A stretch of DNA of 63,098 bases, counting the filler, from Octopus bimaculoides (lineage: Eukaryota): assembly GCF_001194135.2 (NCBI RefSeq). It is 3 parts of 3 records of this genome, joined end to end, with 100 filler letters (N's around TTAATTAATTAA, not from the genome) between each part and the next. Parts side by side here need not be neighbours in the genome. Positions count along the whole stretch, not along the records: positions 1 to 31,136 come from NC_068987.1; positions 31,237 to 60,846 come from NC_068981.1; 1 more part is not named here. One strand, given 5' to 3'. The notes under the pieces were generated by a model. It was not told the DNA's origin. It saw only the letters and a list, made by a program, of their open reading frames with translations, and made no database searches. Every line of letters starts with the position of its first letter. Position 1 is the stretch's first letter. A program made the translations under genes and the position numbers. Of the stretch, positions 28,232 to 40,466 are shown in pieces.

Positions 28232-30193
28232 TAAAATGAGGAATGATGCGCCGCCTTAAGCGTTCTTTATGAAAATAGATTTAATGTACAGTAGACTAAC
28301 AGGACAGAACATTTGAACAGGATAAGTTATAATCCATCCCATAGAGAACATTTCTTCATAGTAATCTAGATTATTACTGCCTGATATGGTCTCCTGTTGT
28401 CCAGGTGACTACTTAACTAAAACACCCCAATGATTACATCCAAATAAGTTTGCTTCTATGCAATAGTTGAATTACTGGGAGATATTGAATGATTTAAGAG
28501 ACTAATAATAACATATGTAATAATTTATTCCCGGAGGATTTTGGAAAATGAGCACCAAACAATAACGTTTTAGAAAATCCTTAATTTAGGACCAGTACAT
28601 ATTCTAGCAGTTCAACTTTCTCCTTTTCTCTATGAGAGCGAAAATAATAATGACATGGAAAGGATATAATGCTGAAATAATAATAATAAAAAAGCAGTAT
28701 CATGTAATTCATAGTATCTATTTTAAGTTGTAGTGTTTCTTGCTCTGTAGCCACTCCAACTTCATCGTAAACGAATCAATCGTTTTAAGACACACATATT
28801 CACACACACACAAACACACAAATATGCACGTACACACACTGACACACACATACACACACGCTCACACGCACACACACGCACGCACATATGCACGCACATA
28901 TACACGCACCACACACACAAACACACAGAGGCATTCATGCACATACAGGATGAGTATATAGGGATAAATTATCAATGCAGGTACCGTAAGAGCTCTCAGG
29001 TAAGAGGCACCACTGTAATTCTTCTGATGGTTAAATCCACTTTCGCTTCGCTGGATTATGAATATTTTGGGGAATGTAAATTACAAAAAATACCATAAAT
29101 TTTTTTCCAATTTAACAGTACATTATACAGTATAATTAGTTAGTTAATGAACTAATTATGCTGTCTAATTAACTGAATATAATTAACTAAGTATATACAC
29201 CGTTGGAATGAATTTTACTGTGGCTTAAGTCGCAGGCAATATCGCTTCGTAGACATGCTGTATTAAAAACAATATATATTGGGGCAAGGCGAACACCGTT
29301 GCAGAAGTGATAAACTCACAAGAATGACAAATATATTTTGTTTACACCCCCCCCCNNNNNNNNNNNNNNNNNNNNNNNNNNNNNNNNNNNNNNNNNNNNN
29401 NNNNNNNNNNNNNNNNNNNNNCCACACCCACACCCACACCCACGCACCCACACACATGCACGCACGCACGCACGCACACACGTATATATATATATGTGTG
29501 CATGTGTATCTGTGTGCTTATATATCTTCGTGACTACACGTACATGCACGTATAGCTATTAGTTTCTTTGCGTGTATGGACAGATGAACAGATAGCTTGG
29601 CGTGTACCGTGTACCGTGTACAGAAATACGTTTAAATGGATTTGGAGATGGATACAGACTATTAGTACAACAACAATACAACAAATGAAAACAGAGAGGC
29701 ACCAATGCAACGAATCTGAAAGCTGTTATCTGTTTAGCTGAAAGTACAAATAAAGAATAAACATGGAAATGATAAAACCATTTACACAAACTACACACTT
29801 TTGCAGTAATTCATCGCCATAAAGAATCGCTATCACAAATATACACACACAGACGAACACAGAAACACATGCTCACGCGCGCGCATACATACACACACAT
29901 ATACACACACACACACAAATACACACATGTACACACACATATTCGCAGCAAGAATACGATACTGCTCACACGTTAAAAAGAAAGACCTGAAATCCATGAA
30001 AGAAAAAAAACAAAACAAGTAATTTGAATGGTTACCGACGCATAGCGAAAGACTTTGCAAATCAATTAATTAAACAAGAACAAAGAGGACTCTTGTGTTG
30101 TTCTTTATTGGCAAAATAACACTCACAAATATTTGTTTCAGCAGACGGTTTTACATCAAGATTCTGGTGAAACAAGTTCTTTCTTTTTTTTCA

Positions 30194-31093
30194 TGGGGTA
30201 CCCAAAAGTAACCGGAAACGTTCTCTGTGGGACAAGCCCTTTGTAGTTCAGGATTCCGCCGCTAGAATCCACTCGATGCGACCATCAAGTATCAGTCTGC
30301 CGACCGGAGTCGTCAGCTGCAGTCGTACTGTCACGTGATGTGTCATTCTTTTGCAGTGCTTCTCTCCTGTTCGTCGATTTTAGCGATGGCTGAAACGAAG
30401 GGACAGCGTGCTTCCGTGAAATTTTGTTTAATGCTGGGGAAAATGGTCGCCGAAATAGTTGTTATGCTTCAAACAACTTACAAAAACGCTGCCATGAGCA
30501 AAACAGGTTTACGAATGGTTTCCACATTTTAAGAATGGTAGCTTGCTACTTGAAGACCAACCTCGTTCAGAACAACCGCCGACCTCCCGAACGAATGAAA
30601 ACATCATGAAAATTCATGCACTAATCTTCGAGGAAAGTCACAGAACAATCCCTGAGCTTGTTGATATGACTGTGTCCGGGAGCTCCGGCCAAACTAATTT
30701 TGAGCGAGGAATTGCGAATGAAAAGTGTTGCAGCAAAACTTATGTCTCACTTCCTCAAAGAAGATCAAAAGCAGTCACAACTGAATGCGTATCGTGAACT
30801 GAAAGAGAAGTTGGCAGCTGATCCGGACCTTTTTTCGAAGGTTATAACTGATGATAAAATCTGGTGCTACGAAATTTGAAGATGTGGAAGAGGTGAATCG
30901 AAGAACGATGGAGGTGTTAAAAGATTCATTTCGCAAGCGTTCCAGCACGGCTTCGAATAGTGGAAAATGCGTCTGGACCGATGCATTTCTTCAAATGGAG
31001 AATACTTTCAAAGCGATAAAAGTGTAAAACATATAAAATTAAGTGAATAAAATGATATTGCAAAATTCCTGTTTCTTTTGGGTACCCCTTCCT
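30194..31093 (+). mobile_element. Internally deleted mariner transposon
   Basis: TIRs ggggtacccaaaagtaaccggaa / ttcctgtttcttttgggtacccc. N-terminal MAETKGQRASVKFC...LLEDQPRSEQPPTSRT. First catalytic segment VITDDKIWCY is joined directly to the C-terminal KFEDVEEV at ~30871. Confidence 0.9.
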
Positions 31094-31136
31094 ATAGATA
31101 CACACACACTCAAACACACACACACACACACACACA

Positions 31137-31236
31137 NNNNNNNNNNNNNNNNNNNNNNNNNNNNNNNNNNNNNNNNNNNNTTAATTAATTAANNNNNNNN
31201 NNNNNNNNNNNNNNNNNNNNNNNNNNNNNNNNNNNN
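31137..31236. other. Artificial scaffold spacer N44-TTAATTAATTAA-N44
   Basis: Exactly 100 bp, palindromic core with TAA in all six frames. An identical structure occurs at 60847-60946. Confidence 0.95.
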
Positions 31237-32649
31237 GGTGTGTGCGCGAGTGCAGTCTGAAAAGATTTACACCTGTTTAAATATATCCATTTAAAGAAAA
31301 TCGGTTTCCCAAGCAAGATTTGATGAAATATGAAAATGTAAAGCCTGTTTTTATAGAATGCGATTACATTTCCATTCTATTGGTAAATATAGTCTCGATC
31401 ATACAGCTGTCAGTCTTCATTTATTCCACCTTAAAAATATCTGTTACTGCAATGGTTTTCTTAGTTTTATCACTCACTCCTAATTTACTTTATGATCTGA
31501 CTCAATTTACATTCGAAAATATTTCCCGTATTTATTCTCTCGACGCTGAAATTATTGTATCGTAAAACTGTTGAATTCTCTTTCGTTTATTTCTTAATAA
31601 TATCGTACGCTATGTGAAAAGGTCTTGAAGTACATCTGCGAACTGGAAACTGAGAATTTCGCTACATCATAGGAATATTCAGTTATGGATGCTATTAAGA
31701 AATAGACAAAAAGGAAGGTATCGGGGTTTTTTGTGTGTTTTATTTTAAATGGCTAAAATATCGTCCGCAATGATATTACACCAGTTTTAATACACGATCT
31801 CACGTCAAGTCACTTGTTAAGAAAGTACAATAGCAACTTGATAATATTGTAAATATTTCATTTTAGTTTCTTTCCACCTTTGAGTGGTAAAATGGCGAAA
31901 TTTCATGCATAGAAATTAATAAAGTAATACGCACTTTTCAAATACCATCTGTAAATAGTACAATAAAAATATGAAAATGTTTTGTTTTTTTGTTTTTTGT
32001 TTTTTTCCTAAAATTTATCATTCAGCTGTTCGTCATTGTAAAAACAGCGGGAGCGCTCTATTCTTTTGTTAGAAACAAACTCTTTGTTTATCGGAAGAAT
32101 TCAATTGATTTAAACGAAATTTATTATGCATACATATAAATACACATATATACACATATACGAAGACTTAAAAAATAATTCAAATGATCTTCAAATTGTA
32201 TGAAAGAAAAAAGCATAAATAAAACATTATCATTACTGAATTTTGAAACTATAACTTGAATGTGAAACGACTACATCTGCTAAAATAAACTCATTTCTAA
32301 AGCAAAAGCCATATGATATAAACAATGTTTTCAAAAATGAAATGAGGAAGATTGTATGAAATTAAGATATTTAAATAAGAATACAGGTAAAATTGTACAC
32401 ATAAGATCTAATTACAAGATTAAGAATGTATCACGGATAAATACGTAAATACGCTAAATCAGTTCCAAATATACCTCGTTTTACTATAAAATTAGACCGC
32501 TGAATATGTATGCTATATATATAGGCCTAATTATATATATAGGCCTAATTATATATATATCGTACTTAAGGCATGATTTGAAGCGCAGGCAATTTCTAAA
32601 CGGTTTACAATGAAACGCATAGTTCGTCAGTTAAATTATTGGTTTTCAG

Positions 32650-32844
32650 ATATTGGCAGCAAGTTCGGAGGATGGAGAACGTCGATTACATCGACCATCA
32701 ATATCCAACAGGTACATTATTATCGACTATGAAGGGATGAAAGGTAAAGCTGACCTTGCTGAATCTGAACTCACAACGTAAAGACGGGCGAAATGCCGCT
32801 AAGTATTTTGTCCGGCTCGCTAGCGATTCTGCAAACTTGCCACC
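32650..32844 (-). mobile_element. SINE family B, diverged copy
   Basis: gtcgattacatcgacc...ggatgaaagg...gaactcacaacgtaaagac...cgattctgcaaacttgccacc. Confidence 0.8.
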
Positions 32845-33173
32845 TTATTCAGTTAAATTCTTAAAAAGTAATTATTATTATTGAATTATTTTGATTAGTG
32901 ACAAAACATATGTCTATAGATTTTTGTTTCATTCAGTCAACATACATTGTAGTTTACATATTTTATCAATCTTATGAAATGCAAAGTGGATAGTTGAGGA
33001 ACTTGAACTCAAAGGATGGAAATAAAGTATTTTGTCCTTCTATCGCAGCCTTGACTTTAGTTATTTTCAGTGTTGAGCAGACACTTTAGAGTAGTTTTGT
33101 GCATTGTCGAGTAGAATAAATATACAAGCGGATACACACATACACACACACCCACACACACACACACACACAT

Positions 33174-33208
<35 letters not shown>

Positions 33209-33319
33209 NNNNNNNNNNNNNNNNNNNNNNNNNNNNNNNNNNNNNNNNNNNNNNNNNNNNNNNNNNNNNNNNNNNNNNNNNNNNNNNNNNNNNNNNNNNN
33301 NNNNNNNNNNNNNNNATAT

Positions 33320-33372
<53 letters not shown>

Positions 33373-33538
33373 GCGAGAGAGAGAGAGAGAGAGATTCACA
33401 TTGTGAAGTGAGGCCCACGGTGGACTTTTCTATCGTTTAAAATTAAAGTGACTGGCTTCAGAGTTATTACACAATTTATTACGATTCTTCCGTCTCCTCT
33501 TTCCAAAATGTTAATGATAGTAGTAGGAGGCTATATAG

Positions 33539-33745
33539 TCTTTTCTACTCTAGGCACAAGGCCCGAAATTTTGGGGGAGGGCACCAGTCAATTAGATCGA
33601 CCCCAGTACGAAACTGGTACTCAATTTATCGACCCCCAAAAATGATGAAAGGCAAACTCGACCTCGGCAGAATTTGAACTCAGAACAGATGAAGTACCGC
33701 TAAGCATTTCGCCCGACATGCTAAAGTTTCTGCCAGCTCGCCGCC
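33539..33745 (-). mobile_element. SINE family B copy
   Basis: Full head (ccagctcgccgcc on plus) and standard tail (ttctactctaggcacaaggcccgaaatt). Confidence 0.9.
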
Positions 33746-33777
33746 TTTGAGAGGCTATATATTACATTGTAAATATT

Positions 33778-33995
33778 TATTTCTTTATTGCCTACATGTG
33801 GCTAAACATAGAGGGGACAAACAAAGACAGACAAAGAGCTTAAGTCGGTTACATTGACCCCAGTCTGTAACTGGTACTTATCTAATCGACCCCGAAAGGA
33901 TGAAAGGCAAAGTCAACCTCGGCGGAATTTGAACTCAGAATGTAAAGACAGACGAAATACCACTAAGCATTTCGCCCGGCGTGTTAACGTTTCTG
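33778..33995 (-). mobile_element. SINE family B variant with a different, LINE-like 3' tail
   Basis: Same body as family B, but on its own strand it ends tttgtcccctctatgtttagccacatgtaggcaataaagaaata. The first ~12 bp of the head are missing. Confidence 0.85.
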
Positions 33996-33996
33996 A

Positions 33997-35292
33997 ATTT
34001 TTTTATTGCCCGCTGGGAGCGGACAGAGGGGACAATACAGAAACATGTAGGGACACAAAACAAAGGGAAAGAAAAACACAGGACAGCGTATGAAAACATG
34101 AATGAAAAATGAAAATGAAGCTACTCACCTCACCTCCTAGCAGCTTCACTTACTTCCTTTTTCCTTTAAATTCCGTACCTTCCAAAATATCCACTCCATA
34201 GTCTTTTATGAATTCTTCATACTTCATATCATCCAGTAACCCTTTCAGTGGGAGGGAAGTTTGTGGGTTCCTGTGTGTCAGTGCCTTTTTTTGTGTGTGG
34301 GAGGGGAATGGGTGGGTTTGGTGTCTGCTGAGAAGGTATCGATGGGTGTGGGTTGGGGTTCCCATCCAGTCTGACCTGCTTTCTTTCTCTTCCTCTGCTT
34401 TCTCTTTTCTACAACTTTCCACGGTTCGTCGTCGTTTATTTGTATCTCCTCTACTTTCTCTGGTTCCTTCCTGACTTCTTTCTGATTGTCCTCAGTCAGT
34501 GAAGGGCAATCCACTCTAATGTGCCCCTTTTGGCCACATTTGAAATATCGAGGTATTCTACCCTCCACCCTTACTCAATACCACATCTCCAACTGTTATT
34601 GTTTCCACCATTTTTCTAGGTTTTCCATTGAACTTTGTATTATTATATCTAACGTTTGTCCTTTTCAATTTGTTGTTTCTGTTTTCATGGCTTGGAGAAC
34701 GGCTATTTCCTCTTCGTTGCCCAGAAGTATAACCGCCGCTACCCAAGCCACATCTATTTCGGGTGGGATCTCTTCTACCCTAACCCTGAAAGCTCTCCTT
34801 CCAAGGTATGTGGGTAGGAGGGCCACGCTTTCCGTCCTTAACGGGGTTGCCGAGGGTTGCTTTGCCTTTGCTGTCTTTTTAAGTGAACATCCACTGTTCC
34901 ATATCGACTTCCTCTGGCAAGATATGTTATATCTTGCCAGATTGATACAATTTCAATTCTCTTATCTTCTGCAGAATATAATTTGTATACATATTTTTTA
35001 TTACTTCCTGGGGTGACGACAACTTTACGTCACCACCTTCTCTGTGTACCATCTTCTCATAACTTTTCAACATTGACAGATTCACCTCTTTATTAGCAAC
35101 TTCCGCCACTTCTGCAAAACTTTTCTTCTTTAATTGACCATCCATTCTTTTCCCCGCTCGTACGAGTTCCTCTTCTGACGATGATAATTCAGACCCACTA
35201 AGGTCTGAATAAAATAAATTCTTCTTTCTATCCATAGCTAACTCTCCTCAAACGAGAAGAGAAAGGACAATTTGCTGCAAAGCAGCACAAAA
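33997..35292 (-). mobile_element. ORF1-only non-autonomous Tx1/L1-type element (HAL1-like), ~1.3 kb
   Basis: Short 5' UTR and ATG at 35235. Frameshifted ORF1 (MDRKKNLF...; EEIPPEIDVAW; decayed zinc knuckle YFKCGQKGHIRVDC; WKVVEKRKQRKR). Stop near 34150, ~150-bp 3' UTR, then AATAAA and an A-tail. No endonuclease or RT sequence. Confidence 0.7.
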
Positions 35293-35301
35293 ATAATTAA
35301 C

Positions 35302-35707
35302 AGGCGTAGGAGTGGCTGTGTGATAAGTAGCTTGCTTACCAACCACATGGTCCCGGGTTCAGTCCCATTGCGTGGCATCTTGGGCAAGTGTCTTCTACTA
35401 TAGCCTCGGGCCGACCAAAGTGAGTGGATTTGGTAGACGGAAACTGAAAGAAGCCCGTCGTATATATGTATGTAATATGTATGTGTGTATGTGTTTGTGT
35501 GTCTGTGTTTGTCCCCCCAACATCGCTTGAAAACCGATGCTGGTGTGTTTATGTCCCCGTAACTTAGCGGTTCGGCAAAAGAGACCGATAGAATAAGTAC
35601 TAGGCTGCTAAAGAATAAGTCCTGGGGTCGATTTGCTCGACTAAAGGCGGTGCTCCAGCATGGCCACAGTCAAAAGACTGAAACTAGTAAAAGAGTAAAA
35701 GAGAGTA
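35302..35707 (+). mobile_element. SINE family A, best-preserved copy
   Basis: tRNA-like head (tggctgtgtgataag A box; gggttcagtccc B box), central cttgggcaagtg motif, internal (TATG/TG)n and (AGAGTAAA)n tail. Confidence 0.9.
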
Positions 35708-35856
35708 AAGTGTATTAAAAAACACTGACACAAAACAATTAAAAAAGTGTTTTAAAAAACACTGACACAAAGCAAAACGATGTTAACACTGTCAATAATA
35801 CCGTCAAATTGACTCACATACACCTTGAAAAACACCGGAAGCGTGCTGGTGTTTCT

Positions 35857-35892
<36 letters not shown>

Positions 35893-36125
35893 ATTAGCCA
35901 AATTTCATTTACATCTTGCTGCAAGATAGATGGCTCCACTATAAATATTAGAATACCACTACAACATTTGTTATGAATAAATAAATTCAAAGTCAACGTT
36001 CTACCATTATTTAAATGAGTTGTCAATCACAAGATTTAAATTTTAATAAGTAACCTTCCACGACAGCCATAGGCTGTTTGGGAAGAAGACTTTGGAGAAT
36101 TTTGCTTAAGTGTAGAAATATTCAT

Positions 36126-36289
36126 GGTGCAGGCGTATCTGAGTTGTAAGAAGTTTACTTTACAATCTAATGGTTCCGGGATCAGTCTCATTACATGGCA
36201 CCTTGGGCAAGTGTCTACTCCTGTAGCCTCGGGCCGACCAAAGCCTTTTTAGTGAATTTGGTAGACAGAAACTGAAAGAAGCCAGTCGT

Positions 36290-36333
<44 letters not shown>

Positions 36334-36334
36334 G

Positions 36335-36380
<46 letters not shown>

Positions 36381-36595
36381 CGTGTGCGTCTTTGTACCAG
36401 TGTTTGTTCCCCACAGCGTCTGACAACCGTTGTTGGTGTGTTTACGTCCCTGTATCTAGTGGTTCCTCAAAAGTCTTCGATAGAATAAGTACCAGGCTTT
36501 AAAAAATACTGGGGTTGATTCATTCAACTAAAAACTCTTGAAGGCGGTGCCCCAGTATGGCCGCAGACTAACGACTAAAACAACCAATTGATAGA
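36126..36595 (+). mobile_element. SINE family A with an internal (TAGA)n expansion
   Basis: Aligns with the 35302 copy. About 90 bp of (TAGA)n at 36289-36378. Confidence 0.85.
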
Positions 36596-36719
36596 AGGTA
36601 AAACATGTCGGTTCGATCCTTAACCTAAGCTGCCGAAAAGGATCTCCCGATAGGACTCACTTTAAAGTAAAAATGCATAAATGTATGTATGTGTAAAATC
36701 TATCTATCTATCACACACG

Positions 36720-36813
<94 letters not shown>

Positions 36814-38220
36814 ATATCTTCAGTTCGTGATTAGTAAAGCGTATTCACGAGTTAAAAATAAATATTAATACAGAAGCTGGAAAAATTCACCAAGGACGTC
36901 AATCTTCTTTCGTTCAGATTATCTGTTCACTAATCTTATATCTGGATCTACAAGATAGACAGAAAACTTCAAGTTGTATAGAAGAATCGAGAATTAAACT
37001 GAATGCCCTTCGTGCTTTTCTGAAGTACTTTAGCAAATATGTGAAACTACAATGATACTTAGCAGATTCATAAAACGTTTCCGAGATTGAATAAAATACA
37101 TCTTAACTACTCTTCACAAAACAATTACATTGCAATTATTCTTTACTTTTAGCCTGAAATTTGAGGGAAGTGTTAGTTTAAATCATCAACCGCAGGACTT
37201 AACTGGTACTTTATCTTATCGACCCCGTTAGAATAAAGTTCAATTGTCTCTCATTAGGAGTAGTGTCTTCGACCATGCAAACTATTAACAAATTCATTTT
37301 TTTACTTCAAACATCTCAATGATAGCAATCGTCTCCTTCGTCTTTTCAGTGTCTCTTTCTCTTCGATGGCCACCAGTATGGCTTCCGTATAAGTATAGAG
37401 TTAATCTAAACGAGACTGCTTTTGTATACCACTGCCCAGTCGTATAGCAGAGCAATCATCCTTGAGAACTTCAACGAAAACAATATCGTTGCCCCTCCAC
37501 GTCAGTAAAGTTGTATCTGACTGGAGAACATCCAGGCTACATTTTCTCTCTTACGCTTTCATTTATTTCTCAATTCTTAGAACGAAAACTCACTGTCCGA
37601 ATGCACAGTTACAATGTGAGATACTAGACTCCTCCCAATCCATACTTTGCTAGACTTCAATGTTTTGCTCGCATTTCCCACACTCTTCTGTATATTAACA
37701 ACTTATTTTCTGGCATTTCTAACATCACAGAATCCCTTATCAACGACATCACCTTTCATTCCACATACCACGAAGATACTTTATTACAGACAATCACTAT
37801 TTCCATGAAAAGAGACTTCAAACGCACTGTTATATAAACATAGCTTTTCGCTCAACAGCCAAAAAACAAAACTAGTACATGCTGAAGAACCATTCTAGTA
37901 CCTCACTCTTTCTCTCTCTCCTCTTCCTCTTCCTCTCTCCCTAGTTCCTCTCTCCTTCTCTCTCTCCTCTCCCTCCCTAGTTCTTCTCTCTTTCTCTCTC
38001 TGTCTACTCATAAATAACACAATGATAGCGTTATGGTCGTTACAAACTCTAAACCTCAATCGTTCTGTCGATACATTATTCCTACTTCACTTCTGTAACA
38101 TTAACACAGTGTCACCTTTATACTAGGAATTCTTTCTGGAGCCAGAAAGTATTCCATGCCTAATCAGTTACATACTCTCTACAAAGTACATGTAAGAGAC
38201 ACATTAGAGTACTAGCCACA

Positions 38221-38268
38221 TAACTGATGATGGCAACGGAAAATGCCGAAACTGACGCGTCAGTCTTA
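38221..38268 (+). ncRNA. Minimal type I hammerhead ribozyme motif
   Basis: CUGAUGA (38224-30), one extra U, stem II GGCA/UGCC (38232-35/38244-47), GAAA (38248-51), self-complementary stem III CUGACGCGUCAG (38252-63), GUC cleavage triplet ending at 38265, and 3-bp stem I UAA/UUA. Confidence 0.75.
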
Positions 38269-38471
38269 AGAATTCGGTATTTTGGGGACAATTATGGTCC
38301 CTGTTAGTGTATGTTTTCATTCATGTGCATTAACTACAGCATTAGAGCCTTATAGCTCTTATTTCTAGCTATGTAGGTGTTTTATAACACTCTAGTCACA
38401 TTTAGTGACAATTATAATTCTCTCCCTGTCGGTGAAAGATTGCAACCTGCTGTTTACATTAATTTTGTTTG

Positions 38472-38504
<33 letters not shown>

Positions 38505-38607
38505 GTATATATAACGTTACGAATCTGAGGCTACATACAGAAAGATTACAGAGGAGGCAATTCAGCTGACTAATAACGAATCAGTCAACACATTCTAAAT
38601 ATGCTTC

Positions 38608-38978
38608 AGGTGCAGTCGTGGTCGTGTGGTAAGAAGTTTCCTTCCCAACCACATAGTTCCGAGTTCAGTCGCACTGCGTGGTCAAGTGTCTTCTACCAGT
38701 AGTCTCGGACTGACCAAAGCCTTGTGAGCAGATTTGGTAGACGGAAACTGAAAGACGTCTGTTGTATATGTGTGTGTGTTTGTGTATTTGCGCGTGCTCG
38801 CGTCTTTGTACCTATGTATGTCTTCCACAACTGCTAGACAACCGTTGGTGTATTTACGCCCCTGTAACTTAGTGATTTGGCAAAAGATACTGATATGAGT
38901 CGGTTCGTTCGATTAAATTGTTTCACGACAGTACCTCAGCATGACTAAAGTCTAATGACTAAAACAACTAAAGAAAGA
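38608..38978 (+). mobile_element. SINE family A copy
   Basis: Aligns with the 35302 copy. Confidence 0.85.
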
Positions 38979-39710
38979 TTTAAAAAATTTAGGGAGGGGG
39001 GGCTTCTTTCTCTGATTCTTCTACCGTTACGCCCTCGACATTTCTGATCTAGCCAGTTGTATACCATTTTTGTACCATATCCATTCAATGCTTAGATCTC
39101 TGTCGTCATCCACATTGTGCATCGTCTAAAGTGTGTAAAGGAAGTAGGTCCTTTTTGTTTTATTAGCGTAGTTTATACAGTTGCTGGTACACCATTTATC
39201 TTACCAAAACGCCTAAAGAAAGAAATGGCTAATGCTTATTTCGATTGTCATACACTCAAAGTTTTCTTGAACTCAGATCTGATCTGGTGATAATAATTTG
39301 ACCCTAAGTTTATAACAAATTTTAATTCTGATAGTAGTCGGTGGAATACTGCGTTGATAAAAATGATAGTACAACGAACTAAATACTTTGCTGAATTTAC
39401 TTTCATTCTATGTTCTGAATTGGAACTGGATACAGTTTAGTCGTCTTTAAATCGTTCGCAATTCGAGAAGAAGAAATCCAGAGAATCAAAAATATATAAG
39501 TACAGTTAACTACTAAAACTCTTTTTCGCAGTATTATGTCGTTCAGCATCCAAAATTATTCTATATTCCTGCTATTTACATTATTTTTTTTCTGTTCATT
39601 CTTTAACCCCGTTTAATGTTAAGCTATGATGGAATGCTGTGACAAACATTTCAAGATTTGATTGCTATGTCTACAAAGAAAAGCAACTGCAAGAAGCCAC
39701 ACATGCATAC

Positions 39711-39750
<40 letters not shown>

Positions 39751-39755
<5 letters not shown>

Positions 39756-40428
39756 AAGCGTCCAATGACCCTTACATAATGTCTGTTAATGGTCCACGTC
39801 TCACTTGAGTAAAGTAGCGATGTTAGCACACACGCATGGTACACAACAACTTTTGTTCGCCTTGCGATGCCATGTTAGGATCAAACACTAAATTTGAGAG
39901 CCTTAAATATATTCCACCAATGTCTTGAGGGAAGCCGACATCCTGAGCATTGCGACAATGATGCACAAGCACCTATTGCGCTGGACTGGACACATTGTTT
40001 GCATGAATAATCAGAGAATCCCTAAAAAGATACTATACGGTGAATTTGTTTGTGGAAAGCGTTCCCAGCAAAAATCAATACTACGATTTTAAGATTGTAT
40101 GAATTCATTGTTGAAGGTATGTGAAATATAGAAAGTCAACCAGGAAAGCAATGTGTCATCGCCGCCAGTGTAGGAACCGATTAAAGGAAAGAGTGAGTAT
40201 TTTTGAAGAAACGCGTATTTTACATGATGAACTGAAATGAACTGCTTGGAAACGCGCTGCTAATGTAGTGAATGGGAGAAATTTCATCAGTAATATCTGC
40301 AGCCGTTTATGTCTATCAAGAATTGGGATCATTAGTTACCAGAGGAGCCACAAGTGTAAAGTAGAATTTTGCCTGATTTTTCTTCGTAGTCAGTGATAGT
40401 CTTCTCCAGTCACGAGGGAATAACCATC

Positions 40429-40465
<37 letters not shown>
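39751..40465 (+). mobile_element. 5'-truncated RTE (BovB-like) LINE 3' end with (AGAT)n tail
   Basis: NVLREADILSIATMMHKHLLRWTGHIVCMNNQRIPKKILYGEFVCGKR...LRF*D. Starts at a (TA)n run and ends in (AGAT)n/(AGGT)n. Confidence 0.85.

Positions 40466-40466
<1 letters not shown>

Noticed and set aside
31181-31192. TTAATTAATTAA island inside Ns, repeated at 60891
   Set aside because: Assembly linker: identical 100-bp layout with stops in six frames. Not biological.
35828-35892. Hairpin aaacacc...ggtgttt followed by ~30 T, resembling an intrinsic terminator
   Set aside because: Eukaryotic context. The T run is more simply a minus-strand A-tail or homopolymer, and the stem is short enough to be chance.
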